From Oligoflexales bacterium (GTDB taxonomy: Bacteria; Bdellovibrionota_B; Oligoflexia; Oligoflexales; RGVZ01): 64,000 bases of DNA. The notes under the pieces are model-generated. The model was not told the DNA's origin and ran no database searches. It saw nothing but the letters and a program-made list of their open reading frames with translations. The position numbers and the translations under genes were made by a program. This document shows, one piece after another, positions 29,363-40,375 of the stretch; within the stretch, counting starts at the first letter, position 1; every line of letters begins with the position of its first letter. The stretch lies in assembly GCA_044236265.1 (NCBI GenBank), contig JBIIGV010000003.1, forward strand, positions 180 to 64,179, written 5' to 3'.

Positions 29363-30169
29363 GTGACTATGCAAACATCAGTGATTGCAACTTTTTTCAT
29401 CAGCCTGCTTGCGTCGGGACAGCTGTTTGCCGCCGGCTTGGATGAGCTTTCAAAAAAACCAGAGCCCGCTCCAGCCACCAACAAGGTGACAACCCCTTCG
29501 ACACCAAAAGCTGAGACTCCAAAGCAGGTCGCACCCGCAACCGCTAAGCCTGCCGGAGCATCAAAACCAGCAAAGCAAACGGCAGAAGACCAGGAAGAGT
29601 CGGAACAAACTCAAGAAGCAGCGCCAACGGAGAAGGTTGCTGCAAAACCAATGGCTAGAAGTGGTGCCAGCAAGACAGTTGAAAACAGGCTATCCGTAGG
29701 CACATCCTTAGGCTGGTCTGTAGTAAAGCCATCAAAAGGAACATGGATTGGCATCGGTGCAACGGACATGTTTTTTCGGTGGAAAACCGCAAATACTGAC
29801 GATCATCCGCTGGCCGCAACGCTTCGCTACGCGCCGTTAACGGGTGTTTGGAACACAGGAAATCGTGACTATGATGTAACCCTTCACGGCATCTTCGCGG
29901 GAGCTGATTATTTGCTCCCCTTGCGCGCTGCTGCTAACCTGAGTGTAAAAGCGGGTGCGGAACTCGGTTATCTCCTCCCTTACGCCAAAGCCCAAGATGG
30001 GGCTCCCGAATCAAGTGACGTCAAAAAAGGCTCCTTAAGCTTCGCCGTCAGTAGCGGGGCTGACTGGAGCCTCATGAACAATAAACTAAAAGTTGGACCA
30101 GTTATTCGACTGCAAGCCATTGGTTTTACGGTGATCAACCTAGGCGGCGCTGCTCAATTTGTGTTCTAA
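29363..30169 (+). CDS. outer-membrane beta-barrel protein with Pro/Ala/Lys-rich N-terminal linker
   Basis: Signal peptide, low-complexity linker, amphipathic strands, terminal Phe (AQFVF). Confidence 0.6.
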   Translation: MTMQTSVIATFFISLLASGQLFAAGLDELSKKPEPAPATNKVTTPSTPKAETPKQVAPATAKPAGASKPAKQTAEDQEESEQTQEAAPTEKVAAKPMARSGASKTVENRLSVGTSLGWSVVKPSKGTWIGIGATDMFFRWKTANTDDHPLAATLRYAPLTGVWNTGNRDYDVTLHGIFAGADYLLPLRAAANLSVKAGAELGYLLPYAKAQDGAPESSDVKKGSLSFAVSSGADWSLMNNKLKVGPVIRLQAIGFTVINLGGAAQFVF

Positions 30170-30340
30170 AGTCGCATTTAGCAAGCCATCCTTAGTGTTT
30201 AAATAGCTATAAGTACTACTCTAATTTCAAAAATGGCGGTGGGACGACCCAGTCTTTCCGCCATCCTTATATTGACGCAAAATCGAGCTAGCTGATGGCT
30301 GACCTCTTGAGTACGATGAGCAAAACAAGGCGGACATCCG

Positions 30341-31816
30341 ATGACACAGGTCTCAAAATCGCTGGTATTTAAATTACTCGTGACGACAGTTTTGTCGGCA
30401 GCTTTAACGTCATGCCAGCGAGGCTCGTCAAGAGGTGGACTTCAGGTCAGCTTTGTTGGTCAGGGTAGCTACGAGATTTATAAAATTGCCGGCGAGCAAC
30501 CACTGCAATTTGTCTCTGAGACCACCGCTAAATTTAACGAAAAGGTTCTACTTCCGCCTGGAAGTTACATGGTCCTTGCTGATTGTAGCAGTGAGGTCGT
30601 TAACATCTATCCAAGTTCAGATGTTACGCTGACAGCTCACGCCGTTAACTTTGTCCCGCTGCAGCCACCAACCGACCAAGACAAGTTTTCTGTGCAGTGC
30701 ACGCGATCAGAGCGCACTCATACTCGTCAAAATCTTCAAAATCACTTCTCACTGGCTGTGCTTGCGGGAACACGAGATCTCTTAGTTGGAATGATTCCGC
30801 TTCGTCTTGAGCTTTCACCAGCTGAAACCAAGGAAAGTCGCGTGGTCAGTCACGTGCTTTCATCAATCTCTGTGGCTAAAGCTACGCCAGATGCGGCGGA
30901 CGTGTTTTTCGTGTCTCCCGTTGGCGATATCAATCCTTACACTGAAAGCCAAAATCCAGGGTCACGTCTTTATGTTCTTTCTGGTTCTTACGATTTGCAA
31001 CTTAATGGGACCGAAATGACTGTGGACTTAAGGGAAGGTGAAGCCCGTGTGGTTGAGCCGGGAACACTGGTTATCGAAACAAGTAAAAATGCTGATCTTG
31101 AGCGCGCAGAAAAAGTCAGTGGAGCACCACTGTTTGCTGAGATTAACGGCGAACATTTTATGGATCTTAACACCCCCTATCCAGTGCTTCCAGGCAGCCT
31201 TGACGTGAGACTCGCCTCCTCTCTTCGTGCGACAAATTATGAGATTGAAGAGGGAGAAACCTTGAAGATTCACGCTCGAAACGTGACCGTAGATCTCGGA
31301 TGTGATGATAACGACTGGGCCTGCCTCGGATCACGAAAAGTTCGTCTGTTTGCCAAAGACAAAAACTATCACTTCGCAGAGTCACAAAGTGATAGTCCGA
31401 TATTATTTCTGGAAAAAGACGTTGATCTGGGAATCGAGGGATCACGCAACATCAAGTTAAAACTTAGCGCTGGGGACGACCTAAAAGTGAAGGTTGGATT
31501 TCTGGAGGTCATTCCTACGCCTTCGTTTAAACCAGGGGTCCTCACTGACTTGATGCGCGTTGAGCCAAACGGCGGAGGTTTAGCGGGAGCCAGTCTTGAC
31601 ATGGTGCTTGATAAACCAACCACGATGCCCCTTGTCGCCGGTTACTATCGCTTGGCTCAGTACACGTTTACGACCTCCGATGGCGGACGTAGGAAAAACA
31701 CCCAAGGTGTCTACATTACTCACGGTCAGAGGACTAAACTTGAGGTGCAAACCTATCTAACTGAAAAAAAGATGGCGATCTTCTCAGGCGCACAAGAAGA
31801 CTCTTCAAAGCAATAA
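30341..31816 (+). CDS. hypothetical lipoprotein with beta-sandwich repeats
   Basis: Lipobox LTSC; recurring L.PGSY / VLSGSY / VLPGSL / LVAGYY motifs. Confidence 0.6.
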   Translation: MTQVSKSLVFKLLVTTVLSAALTSCQRGSSRGGLQVSFVGQGSYEIYKIAGEQPLQFVSETTAKFNEKVLLPPGSYMVLADCSSEVVNIYPSSDVTLTAHAVNFVPLQPPTDQDKFSVQCTRSERTHTRQNLQNHFSLAVLAGTRDLLVGMIPLRLELSPAETKESRVVSHVLSSISVAKATPDAADVFFVSPVGDINPYTESQNPGSRLYVLSGSYDLQLNGTEMTVDLREGEARVVEPGTLVIETSKNADLERAEKVSGAPLFAEINGEHFMDLNTPYPVLPGSLDVRLASSLRATNYEIEEGETLKIHARNVTVDLGCDDNDWACLGSRKVRLFAKDKNYHFAESQSDSPILFLEKDVDLGIEGSRNIKLKLSAGDDLKVKVGFLEVIPTPSFKPGVLTDLMRVEPNGGGLAGASLDMVLDKPTTMPLVAGYYRLAQYTFTTSDGGRRKNTQGVYITHGQRTKLEVQTYLTEKKMAIFSGAQEDSSKQ

Positions 31817-31822
31817 GCAAAA

Positions 31823-32734
31823 CTACTGTCTAAAAATTGGACCAGCCGGTGTCGGAACGCCAAGAAGATTCATGCGTAAACCTTTAGCGTTGCCCCAGCT
31901 GAGCATTTCACCGGTAAACGGCATCGTAATTGAACCCGCATTAACGCGGTGAACATACGCGTGCATCCTATCAGGATCCCAGAAGCTTAACGGGAACCAG
32001 GGCTCTCGAGCAATCGCCCACATCGCCAAAGGATTTAAGATAAATCGCGCAAGGGGAACAAAGTAACCAGTAAGCGGTCCACCCACAAGCCTCGTAGGAA
32101 CTCTTAGGCTTCGCCCCCAGTCACCAAAGAACAAATTCGTATCGACTCCAGCGACTTCAAGAAAACTGACACCAAAGGCACTACAGCCAGCCCCTTCACC
32201 GTAGAGGGGGCGATTGGTAAGACCGTAGCTTTGATCATATCCCCGCTCACGAAACTCAGTCTCATAGTTCATGAGCCGTTGGCAGGTTGCCCTTGAAATA
32301 TCAAAAGCCATAAATGACAGGCGACCGCTGCGAACACCAAGATTGATATCGGTTAACACCTCATCCCAGGTGTTTACTCGACCTTCAAAATTGTGAAAGA
32401 GAATACCCAAACCATATCCTTGGCGAAGAAGAAGCTCCTGTGAGTTGTCAACGGCGCTCGTCATGCCAGTTAGCAAATCGGGATTGCCTGAAAGGCCACG
32501 ATCAGAGCAATAAAGCCCAACTGCCACGTGCCCAATTTCATGAGGCTGGCTGGAGGAATGATTGCGCAAAACACTTCGAATCAGCGTGTGCGGAGTATGC
32601 CAGTTGATGCCGTAAGGAGATGGTGTTGTATAAAGCACAAGCTGATCTGCGAGGACCTGCAAGGAAAAACACAGGCCTACACTTAGAGTGACAACAAGCT
32701 TGAGGATCCGATGGAATCTTTTGAAAACTGACAA
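31823..32734 (-). CDS. secreted hypothetical protein, possible permuted papain/NlpC-P60 fold
   Basis: Signal peptide; IGHVAV ... YG...GAGCSAFGVSFLEVAG (His before Cys). Confidence 0.55.
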   Translation of the reverse strand: MSVFKRFHRILKLVVTLSVGLCFSLQVLADQLVLYTTPSPYGINWHTPHTLIRSVLRNHSSSQPHEIGHVAVGLYCSDRGLSGNPDLLTGMTSAVDNSQELLLRQGYGLGILFHNFEGRVNTWDEVLTDINLGVRSGRLSFMAFDISRATCQRLMNYETEFRERGYDQSYGLTNRPLYGEGAGCSAFGVSFLEVAGVDTNLFFGDWGRSLRVPTRLVGGPLTGYFVPLARFILNPLAMWAIAREPWFPLSFWDPDRMHAYVHRVNAGSITMPFTGEMLSWGNAKGLRMNLLGVPTPAGPIFRQ

Positions 32735-32905
32735 TCTTTAATCTCCCGGCTTGTTAGCAACATATCCACCAAGACGACTAGCGGATCAACAACTTTTAAA
32801 ACCTATTCACTAAAAAAACAATAGATAGCAAAAAAAATTTATTGTGATTTAATTTCTCTTGGCATTTCTTTACACACGAATTTTTTCCGAGGAGTTCTAT
32901 CATCT

Positions 32906-33916
32906 ATGCAAATCACCGCACCAGTCTTGTCATGTGCTCTTACTCTTTTAGCGGCATCCCACGCACATTCAATGCAGACTGACTCCATCGGTCATTATAC
33001 GACGGGCCTGATGCCCAAATCTTACGGCAATTGTGAAAGCTTGAAGCCAGAAATAAGTCGAGCGTTTATTGAAGCAGCACAGGTTGAAATTTTATCCACG
33101 GAGTGCAATAGCAGATCTGATGGATCAGTCTTGACGCTAAACTATGTTGAAACAAGTCAACCCATTGAGTTCAACACGACGCGTGGCCGTTCAGTGAACG
33201 ACGACATTGCAGGACGTGGCTATATAAAAACTGAGACTGAGTGTGAAACTCGCAAACAGGACGTTGTTCAAACATTCAAAGAGGCGACTGGGCTTAATCC
33301 GTTTCTGGTTTACTGCATGGCAGATGAAGCAGCAAATTCGAGTACACATCCATGGCACGTAGCGATTGAGGCTGTGGGCATTGGCAATATGACATACCAG
33401 TACATAGACCGGATGCTTTCAGACGGGATGTCAACGAACCCTGAAGCGCTGACGACAGAAATCAAACAGTATTTTTCGAGCCGACCAGACACGATGTTCG
33501 TTGATGCCGTATACCGCATAGACAATATTGGCTTTGCGCGCGTTGGCATCGCAGTGTTTGCAAAAAAACGCGTTAGCATAAACAAATACGAGTTCCTATC
33601 CACGCGCAGTGAGCGTGACTGCGGATTTGAAGCTGATGAGCTGAAGGCTGCGGCCCTTAGAGCCGGAATGCCCGTGGTGGGACATGGCTGCCAGTTTAGA
33701 CAAAGTGACTATCACAAGACCTTTTTAATCACGGAAACCAGAAGCCAGCTATCCTATGACACAACAGGCATCACCTTTGAAACCATGGATGCTTGCAGGG
33801 CAGCTCGCGAAGGCTTGTTTCAAGATATGCGCAGACGCCTAGGAGACACGGTCGTCGGCATTAGCTGTCGCTCTGGGGCCGACCAACCGACGGCTTTCGT
33901 GATATTTAAACCATGA
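32906..33916 (+). CDS. secreted hypothetical protein with four Cys-pair repeats
   Basis: GAGGAG RBS, signal peptide ending AHS, 8 Cys in the mature part arranged as 4 similar units. Confidence 0.65.
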   Translation: MQITAPVLSCALTLLAASHAHSMQTDSIGHYTTGLMPKSYGNCESLKPEISRAFIEAAQVEILSTECNSRSDGSVLTLNYVETSQPIEFNTTRGRSVNDDIAGRGYIKTETECETRKQDVVQTFKEATGLNPFLVYCMADEAANSSTHPWHVAIEAVGIGNMTYQYIDRMLSDGMSTNPEALTTEIKQYFSSRPDTMFVDAVYRIDNIGFARVGIAVFAKKRVSINKYEFLSTRSERDCGFEADELKAAALRAGMPVVGHGCQFRQSDYHKTFLITETRSQLSYDTTGITFETMDACRAAREGLFQDMRRRLGDTVVGISCRSGADQPTAFVIFKP

Positions 33917-33931
33917 ATTGATGGGACGCTG

Positions 33932-34444
33932 ATGAAGTCTAGTGGACGTTTTAACACCGGATTATTTTCACAAATTTATTTGGCAACTATTATAGCGTGG
34001 GAGCCGTCGTTACTTGCAGCATCTATTCCCATGCATGCAAGTTTTTCTGAGATTCAGTATGACGGAGAGCCCTGTAACGCCATCTTTGAAAAAGCAGACT
34101 ACGACATTGATTTCCACATCCTAAATCAGCCGCGGGGAGCTGTGATTCACTTTAATGATGACTCAGGTTTTTTCGCCAGAGCCAACATTGTGGCAAACCG
34201 CGGCTATGATGACCTTTACTTTGAAAAATCCATGCACTCAGACAGAAGTCCTGACGTGGTTTTCAAGCTTAAGGGCGATGGCCTCTACAGCTCAGATCTG
34301 GTGATCCTGGACATTTCGGCAGAGGGTTTCTCAACTGAAAATGGGGATCCGAAGACCCCCATTTGCAAAGTTAAGGCACAAATGTATGCGACATCAAATC
34401 TACGCGCGATAAACGCTCAAGGCCAATATCCAGCTCTAAACTGA
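33932..34444 (+). CDS. hypothetical protein
   Basis: 170 aa ORF 15 bp downstream of the previous gene. Confidence 0.5.
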   Translation: MKSSGRFNTGLFSQIYLATIIAWEPSLLAASIPMHASFSEIQYDGEPCNAIFEKADYDIDFHILNQPRGAVIHFNDDSGFFARANIVANRGYDDLYFEKSMHSDRSPDVVFKLKGDGLYSSDLVILDISAEGFSTENGDPKTPICKVKAQMYATSNLRAINAQGQYPALN

Positions 34445-35098
34445 CAGATTTTCCAGACGCTTAAAAAGCTGCGCTGGAGTTTTAGCCTCGAGGAGGCGAG
34501 CACTGTGCTTTTGAATGCTGTTCATGAGAGACTTTGAGGATGTCTTAACGCCTTCGACGCGAAGGGCAACATATGCTGTCAACCATTCACCGCCGCCGGA
34601 TACGATGTCATTTTTAAGATTTTCAAAGCTGGCGACGACTAAACGCTGACGCTCGATCCAGCGACCAGTCTCCTCGGGAGAGCGCTTTATGCGGGTTGTC
34701 TTTTCTGACGATTCAAGGTCAATAGAGTAATAGCCAGGGCTATACTCAAACATGGCTCCCGAGAGAGCGTCTATGCCCCAAGATGTTGCTCCGAATGTTG
34801 TCGTGATAAAGCCAAGGTTAAAAAATGCGGTCCGATCGATCGTTTTCTCCAAAAATATTCTTTTCGTCTCATATCCCTTCTTTTTGATGGTCAGATACTT
34901 CTGACGAAAAGTATCGCGCTCAACGTCAATCGTTAGCGGCGTGATTCCTAACTTTCGTCCTTCAATCGAAACCTCAGCGCCGGCCGGATCAGTTTCAATT
35001 TTGATAGAGTCACTTTTCTTAGAAAATAAAGTGGCGCATCCGGAGAAAAAACTAAGTCCCAAAACTCCCAGCATAATCGTTCTGCACAAAGGCTTCAT
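34436..35098 (-). CDS. PEGA-domain lipoprotein with DUF3015-like C-terminus
   Basis: Lipobox FSGC; IETDPAGAEV...LGITP...KKGY PEGA motif; LKNDIVSGGGEWL. Confidence 0.75.
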   Translation of the reverse strand: MKPLCRTIMLGVLGLSFFSGCATLFSKKSDSIKIETDPAGAEVSIEGRKLGITPLTIDVERDTFRQKYLTIKKKGYETKRIFLEKTIDRTAFFNLGFITTTFGATSWGIDALSGAMFEYSPGYYSIDLESSEKTTRIKRSPEETGRWIERQRLVVASFENLKNDIVSGGGEWLTAYVALRVEGVKTSSKSLMNSIQKHSARLLEAKTPAQLFKRLENLSV

Positions 35099-35568
35099 GT
35101 CTTCACCTCAACTTCAAAAAGAGTGGGCCGTCTTATACACACAAACCCCCAGCATGAGCAAAAAATTTCTTTGACCAATTTGCTAACGCCACTTCTTGAC
35201 GAAGTCTCTGACATACGCAAATAAAAACAGCACTGCGGAAATTCAGAAATCTTTTACATCATCAAAAAGGCCATTTTTCTCGAGAAAAAACCTATTTTTT
35301 TACATTAAGAATAATTGAAATTTTTCTTGGACGCGTTGCAGCTTGAAAACTTTTGCGTCAGTAAATGTATGAATGTTTGCAAAAATCTGACGTACATCTT
35401 GCGACGAAACAAACTCAAAAAACGATTCGCGTTTTGAAATTTTTCGAAAATTGATGTGAATTTTGTATCTCTGCGCCCAGGTCGGTGACAAACGAGCAAA
35501 ATTAAGATTATTTTTTATGCAAAAACCTTGTGCCACAACGTGTACAGGCCTTTTGGTACGTCAATTTT

Positions 35569-35613
35569 CTATCCACATCATTCCACAGGTGTGTTTTTTG
35601 ACCCTGTGGATAA
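35569..35613. promoter_or_regulatory. DnaA boxes upstream of nrdJ
   Basis: Perfect TGTGGATAA at 35605-35613; near matches CTATCCACA (35569) and CATTCCACA (35579). Confidence 0.6.
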
Positions 35614-35704
35614 CTCGTTTTCAAAATATTAGGTAAAGGTGAAAAAAAAGAATCATTTTTCTTGTTGAGATGAGGGCTTAGGGAAATTTGTCAATCACAT
35701 GCCA

Positions 35705-35752
35705 ACACAATATGTAGTGCTGTGGGTATCGTGTTGACACAATATATTGTGT
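35705..35752. promoter_or_regulatory. tandem NrdR boxes
   Basis: ACACAATATGTAGTGC (35705) and ACACAATATATTGTGT (35737), 32 bp apart, matching acaCwAtATaTwGtgt upstream of an RNR gene. Confidence 0.9.
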
Positions 35753-35761
35753 GTCCGCCTC

Positions 35762-35790
35762 TTGACACCGTTTCACAGGATTCGTATTCT
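35762..35790 (+). promoter_or_regulatory. sigma70 promoter of nrdJ
   Basis: TTGACA-N17-TATTCT. Confidence 0.7.
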
Positions 35791-35946
35791 TTTTTGTAGA
35801 GAGCAACGTTAAAAAACATGAATTACGAACCACTCTAAGTGACGCTAACTACGTGACTACAGGTCTTTTTTTGCCAAAATTTAAAAAGACTTGAAGTTCA
35901 TCTGGAATGCGAGCATTGGTGGGGACAACCAAGGAAGGGATAGGTC

Positions 35947-38900
35947 ATGAGATTCGAACGACGCTTTGTTAAAACTCCCGGTCAACCATACGAAGGCATC
36001 CGCTTTGAGGATCGCACGTCTGAACTGAAAAACTCTGACGGGAGCAAAGCTTCATCTTCACTAAAAGTCACTGTTCCGGACTTCTGGAGCCAAGTCGCCA
36101 CCGACATTATGGCTCAGAAGTATCTTCGTAAGGCCGGAATCCCCAAAATCGGAGCCGAGACAGACTCCCGCGAAGTATTCCATCGCCTGGCAGGCTGCTG
36201 GACAGACTGGGCCCGTCGCTTTGGGTATTTCAACACAGAAGAAGACGCAGCCGTCTTTTACGACGAGACCTGCTATATGTTGGCCCACCAGATGTGTGCC
36301 CCGAATAGCCCTCAGTGGTTTAACACAGGCCTCTACTATGCTTATGGCCTCAAAGGCTCAAGCCAGGGCCACTACTATGTAGATCCAAAGTCAGGCGTCC
36401 TCCAGAAATCCAAAAACGCCTACGAGCGTCCACAGCCTCATGCTTGCTTCATCCAGGCCGTCAGAGACGACCTTGTCAATGAAGGCGGCATTATGGATCT
36501 GTGGACTCGTGAAGCCCGTCTCTTTAAGTATGGCTCCGGTACAGGCACAAACTTCTCTCACATCCGCGGCGAAGGGGAATCCCTGTCGGGCGGCGGTAAG
36601 AGCTCAGGCCTTATGAGCTTCCTTAAGATTGGTGACCGGGCTGCCGGCGCTATCAAATCTGGTGGGACAACTCGCCGAGCTGCCAAAATGGTCTGCCTTG
36701 ATCTTGATCACCCAGATATTGAAGAATTTGTTAACTGGAAGGTCGTTGAAGAGCAGAAGGTGGCAAGCCTTGTTTGTGGCTCAATTGTGATTGAGAAAAA
36801 TCTCAAGGCCATTCTTGCAACGATTAAAGCCTACGGCGAATCCGAAGACCGCTTTGATCCAAGTAAGAACAACGCGCTACTTAAGGCTATGCAAGCGGCA
36901 CGTCGCGAGCAGGTTCCTGTTAACTATATTCAGCGTATTGTCGAGCTTTCAAAGCAAGGTATCAACGATATCGAGTTTGAAACCTACAACACCGATTGGA
37001 CGAGCAAGGCCTATTTGACTGTTGCTGGTCAGAACTCCAATAACTCGGTTCGTATCCCCAACAACTTCATGAAGGCTGTGGAAACAGACCAGAACTGGGA
37101 CCTTAAGCGTCGCATCGACGGCAAAACCCACAAGACCATCAAAGCTAAAAAGCTTTGGAACGATATCGGTCACGCAGCTTGGCAGTGTGCAGACCCTGGC
37201 GTGCAGTTTGATACGACCATCAACGAGTGGCACACATGCCCAGAAGACGGCCGCATCAACGCATCAAACCCATGCTCCGAGTACATGTTCCTTGATGACA
37301 CAGCATGTAACCTGGCAAGTCTTAACCTTCTTAAGTTTTATGACTCAAAGAATGGCTTTGACATTGAAGCCTTTGAACATGGTTGTCGCATCTGGACGAT
37401 GATCCTTGATATCTCCGTACAGATGGCTCAGTTCCCATCAAAAGAAATCGCGCAGCGTAGCTGGGATTTCCGCACACTCGGAATTGGTTACGCCAACATC
37501 GGTGCGATGCTCATGCGCATGGGTATTCCGTATGGATCTCCTCAAGCGGTGGACATCACAGGAGCGATCTCTGCCATCATGACAGGCGTGTCTTATAAGA
37601 CGTCTGCTGAAATGGCTGGTGAACTTGGCGCATTCCCGCGTTATGAGGCCAACAAAGAGCACATGCTGCGCGTGATTCGCAATCACCGCAAGGCGGCATA
37701 CAGTGAGAAAGGTTACGAAGGTCTTACGATCACGCCACTGGCAATCAATCAAAAGACCACGTCAAAAGATCTTCTCAAAGCTGCTCACAAAGCTTGGGAT
37801 GACGCTCTAGAGCTTGGACTAAAGCACGGATACCGTAACGCACAGGTCTCCGTCATTGCTCCGACAGGAACGATCGGCCTTCTCATGGACTGCGACACCA
37901 CGGGCATTGAACCAGACTTTAGTCTTGTGAAGTTCAAGAAGCTTGCCGGTGGCGGTTACTTCAAGATCATCAACCAGTCGATTCCTTTTGCTTTGGAAAA
38001 ACTTGGTTACACCAAGAAGCAAATTGACGAGATGATCGGTTACTGTCTTGGTTACGGCACACTGAAGGGTGCTCCGCATGTAAACATGGAAAGCCTGAAG
38101 GCAAAAGGGTTTACAGACGAGATCTTGATGGCGATTGAAAAAGATCTTCCTCAGACCTTTGATATTTCGTTTGCATTCAACAAATATAGCGTCGGCGAAG
38201 ACTTCTGCGTCAATACGCTAGGTCTAAACAAGGACGATCTCGATAAGCCTGATTTCAACCTGCTTAAAGCACTTGGTTTTACACGCGAGCAAGTTGAAGC
38301 AGCTAACGAGTACGTAACCGGATCTATGATGCTCGAAGGCGCTCCGCATCTAAAAGAAGAGCATCTTCCTGTGTTTGACTGTGCCAACAAGTGTGGACGT
38401 AAGGGTCAACGCTTCATCTCGGCAGAAGGTCACATTGTAATGATGGCTGCAGCTCAGCCATTCATTTCGGGCGCGATCTCTAAGACTATCAACCTGCCCT
38501 ATGAAGCCACTATGGGTGACGTTGCTGAAGCCTACACAAAGAGCTGGAAACTCATGCTTAAGGCAAATGCGCTTTACCGTGATGGCAGCAAACTCAGTCA
38601 GCCACTCAACGCCACAGCAGCTGCGTGGATTGAAGCTTCAGAGTCCGTAGACACGCCAGTTGAGAAGGTTCGTGAGATCACAACCAAGGTTATTACTGAG
38701 TACGTGAGAACTCGCAGATCGCTTCCAAGCCGTCGCGCAGGCTACACGCAAAAGGTTAAAATCGACGGTCACAGTATCTATCTACGTACTGGAGAGTACG
38801 AAGATGGTCAGCTAGGCGAGATCTTCCTTGATATCAACAAAGAGGGAACCTTGCTGCGGTCGATGATGAACTGCTTTGCTGTAGCGGTCAGCCTTGGCCT

Positions 38901-39393
38901 TCAATACGGAGTGCCACTTGAAGAGTACGTGGACGTCTTTACGTTCTCACGCTTTGAGCCAAACGGCATGGTCCAAGGACATGACAACATCAAGCGTGCG
39001 ACTTCGATCATCGACTTTATTTTCCGTGACTTGGCGATTGCCTACATCGGACGTAACGATCTGGCTCACGTCACCCCGGAAGATGTTCAAGGCTCTCGCA
39101 GAACAAAGTCGAAGGCCGTAGGGACATCAACCATTGAAGAAACAGCTCCAATGATGATGCAGCAAAACACGATTGGTTTTGATGTTTCTGGTGGAACGAC
39201 CAAAACAGTGACCACCGTGGCTACGTCTGCAGTATTCGATGACACCATCTATGAGCGTTACAATGCTCGTGCCGAGGCGCGCGCAAAAGGATATGAGGGT
39301 GACCCCTGTCCTGAGTGTGGTGCTTTGACGCTGGTCCGTAACGGAAGCTGTTTGAAGTGTAACTCCTGTGGAACGACAACGGGTTGCAGTTAA
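35947..39393 (+). CDS. nrdJ: vitamin B12-dependent (class II) ribonucleotide reductase
   Basis: [52 protein letters not shown]-like domain, C-terminal [13 protein letters not shown]. Confidence 0.96.
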   Translation: MRFERRFVKTPGQPYEGIRFEDRTSELKNSDGSKASSSLKVTVPDFWSQVATDIMAQKYLRKAGIPKIGAETDSREVFHRLAGCWTDWARRFGYFNTEEDAAVFYDETCYMLAHQMCAPNSPQWFNTGLYYAYGLKGSSQGHYYVDPKSGVLQKSKNAYERPQPHACFIQAVRDDLVNEGGIMDLWTREARLFKYGSGTGTNFSHIRGEGESLSGGGKSSGLMSFLKIGDRAAGAIKSGGTTRRAAKMVCLDLDHPDIEEFVNWKVVEEQKVASLVCGSIVIEKNLKAILATIKAYGESEDRFDPSKNNALLKAMQAARREQVPVNYIQRIVELSKQGINDIEFETYNTDWTSKAYLTVAGQNSNNSVRIPNNFMKAVETDQNWDLKRRIDGKTHKTIKAKKLWNDIGHAAWQCADPGVQFDTTINEWHTCPEDGRINASNPCSEYMFLDDTACNLASLNLLKFYDSKNGFDIEAFEHGCRIWTMILDISVQMAQFPSKEIAQRSWDFRTLGIGYANIGAMLMRMGIPYGSPQAVDITGAISAIMTGVSYKTSAEMAGELGAFPRYEANKEHMLRVIRNHRKAAYSEKGYEGLTITPLAINQKTTSKDLLKAAHKAWDDALELGLKHGYRNAQVSVIAPTGTIGLLMDCDTTGIEPDFSLVKFKKLAGGGYFKIINQSIPFALEKLGYTKKQIDEMIGYCLGYGTLKGAPHVNMESLKAKGFTDEILMAIEKDLPQTFDISFAFNKYSVGEDFCVNTLGLNKDDLDKPDFNLLKALGFTREQVEAANEYVTGSMMLEGAPHLKEEHLPVFDCANKCGRKGQRFISAEGHIVMMAAAQPFISGAISKTINLPYEATMGDVAEAYTKSWKLMLKANALYRDGSKLSQPLNATAAAWIEASESVDTPVEKVREITTKVITEYVRTRRSLPSRRAGYTQKVKIDGHSIYLRTGEYEDGQLGEIFLDINKEGTLLRSMMNCFAVAVSLGLQYGVPLEEYVDVFTFSRFEPNGMVQGHDNIKRATSIIDFIFRDLAIAYIGRNDLAHVTPEDVQGSRRTKSKAVGTSTIEETAPMMMQQNTIGFDVSGGTTKTVTTVATSAVFDDTIYERYNARAEARAKGYEGDPCPECGALTLVRNGSCLKCNSCGTTTGCS

Positions 39394-39573
39394 TCGACAA
39401 TCTGGCAGCGTGCTGCCATGACGCCGATTGTTTCTAGATCAAAATTTTTCTCTCCCCCCGGGGTGATGACTTTCTGTGCCAACAGGAAATAATCACTCAC
39501 TTCGGGTTGTTTTATCCCCTCTCTCGTTGGTTCTTGTGTCGAAGCCCCCCACTCCCCCCAGAATTTGGTTACT

Positions 39574-39601
39574 GGCCTTCTCAGAGAAAACTGAGAAGGC
39601 C
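39574..39601. terminator. hairpin between convergent nrdJ and esterase genes
   Basis: GGCCTTCTCAG-agaaaa-CTGAGAAGGCC, perfect 11-bp stem. Confidence 0.55.
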
Positions 39602-39618
39602 GGGACCGCAATCAACTT

Positions 39619-39695
39619 CAATTTGGGGACACACGACCAAATCCAAATTGCTCGAAAATGACTCTATTTAGGTTTGGTCGTGTGTCCCCAAATTG
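39619..39695. repeat. 23-bp perfect inverted repeat (REP/MITE-like)
   Basis: CAATTTGGGGACACACGACCAAA (39619-39641) and its reverse complement (39673-39695), 31-bp spacer. Confidence 0.85.
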
Positions 39696-40375
39696 TTGAG
39701 GAAAAGGGCTGCCTCGCGAATGACGGGCATTGGAATTTCATGAAAGCCGTTGAATGGAATAAAGCGACCGTTGAGACCGGCCTTGGTCAATAATCCGTGA
39801 AGCCTTTCAGCCTGCTTAAAACCTAGAATTGGGTCATCTTTGCCATGACTTTGAATGAAAGGAATCGCCTTATGCGAGGGGGCTAGCTCCTCCCATCGCT
39901 GACGATTGATACACGTCGCACTAAATAAAATCATTCCACAAATATCTTTCGGAAGTGTCAGAGCCACCTGGCAGGTCATCATGGCTCCCTGACTGAAACC
40001 TCCAAGAATCAGATCTGAGGCTTCAAGCCGAAGATGTGCGATCAAAGACTTTAGGCGCCGCTCAGCCTCTTCCATCCCATCAGGAAAAACATCTGAAAAA
40101 TCGACAACCTCACCGCGCATGGCTGCAGCTTCGATATCTGCCATACGAATCGGAAACCACGCGCGACCTGTCATGTGCGGGCCAATGGGCACTTCGCGAA
40201 TACCGTTTGGAAAAATCCAGTTATAGCGTCCCGACGGATCAAGATAACTGTGCAGAGGACCTAAGTCATTCATGTCAGCGCCAAATCCGTGGAGCATGAT
40301 CACAGTTTTCTTGGCGCTTGGCCTTGTCAGGGTCAAGCACTCCATCTGATCAATCACAGTTCGCTGAAGACTCAT
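39668..40375 (-). CDS. phospholipase/carboxylesterase (alpha/beta hydrolase)
   Basis: LHGFGA, GGFSQGA nucleophile elbow, HGKDDPI, GFHEI. Confidence 0.9.
   Translation of the reverse strand: MSLQRTVIDQMECLTLTRPSAKKTVIMLHGFGADMNDLGPLHSYLDPSGRYNWIFPNGIREVPIGPHMTGRAWFPIRMADIEAAAMRGEVVDFSDVFPDGMEEAERRLKSLIAHLRLEASDLILGGFSQGAMMTCQVALTLPKDICGMILFSATCINRQRWEELAPSHKAIPFIQSHGKDDPILGFKQAERLHGLLTKAGLNGRFIPFNGFHEIPMPVIREAALFLNNLGTHDQT

Noticed and set aside
35099-35946. Chromosomal replication origin
   Set aside because: Only one perfect DnaA box, no dnaA/dnaN/gidA nearby, and the sites are explained by nrdJ regulation. A genome-wide GC-skew analysis would settle it.
35797-35946. Cobalamin riboswitch upstream of B12-dependent nrdJ
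   Set aside because: No recognisable B12-box or GCCACTG core.
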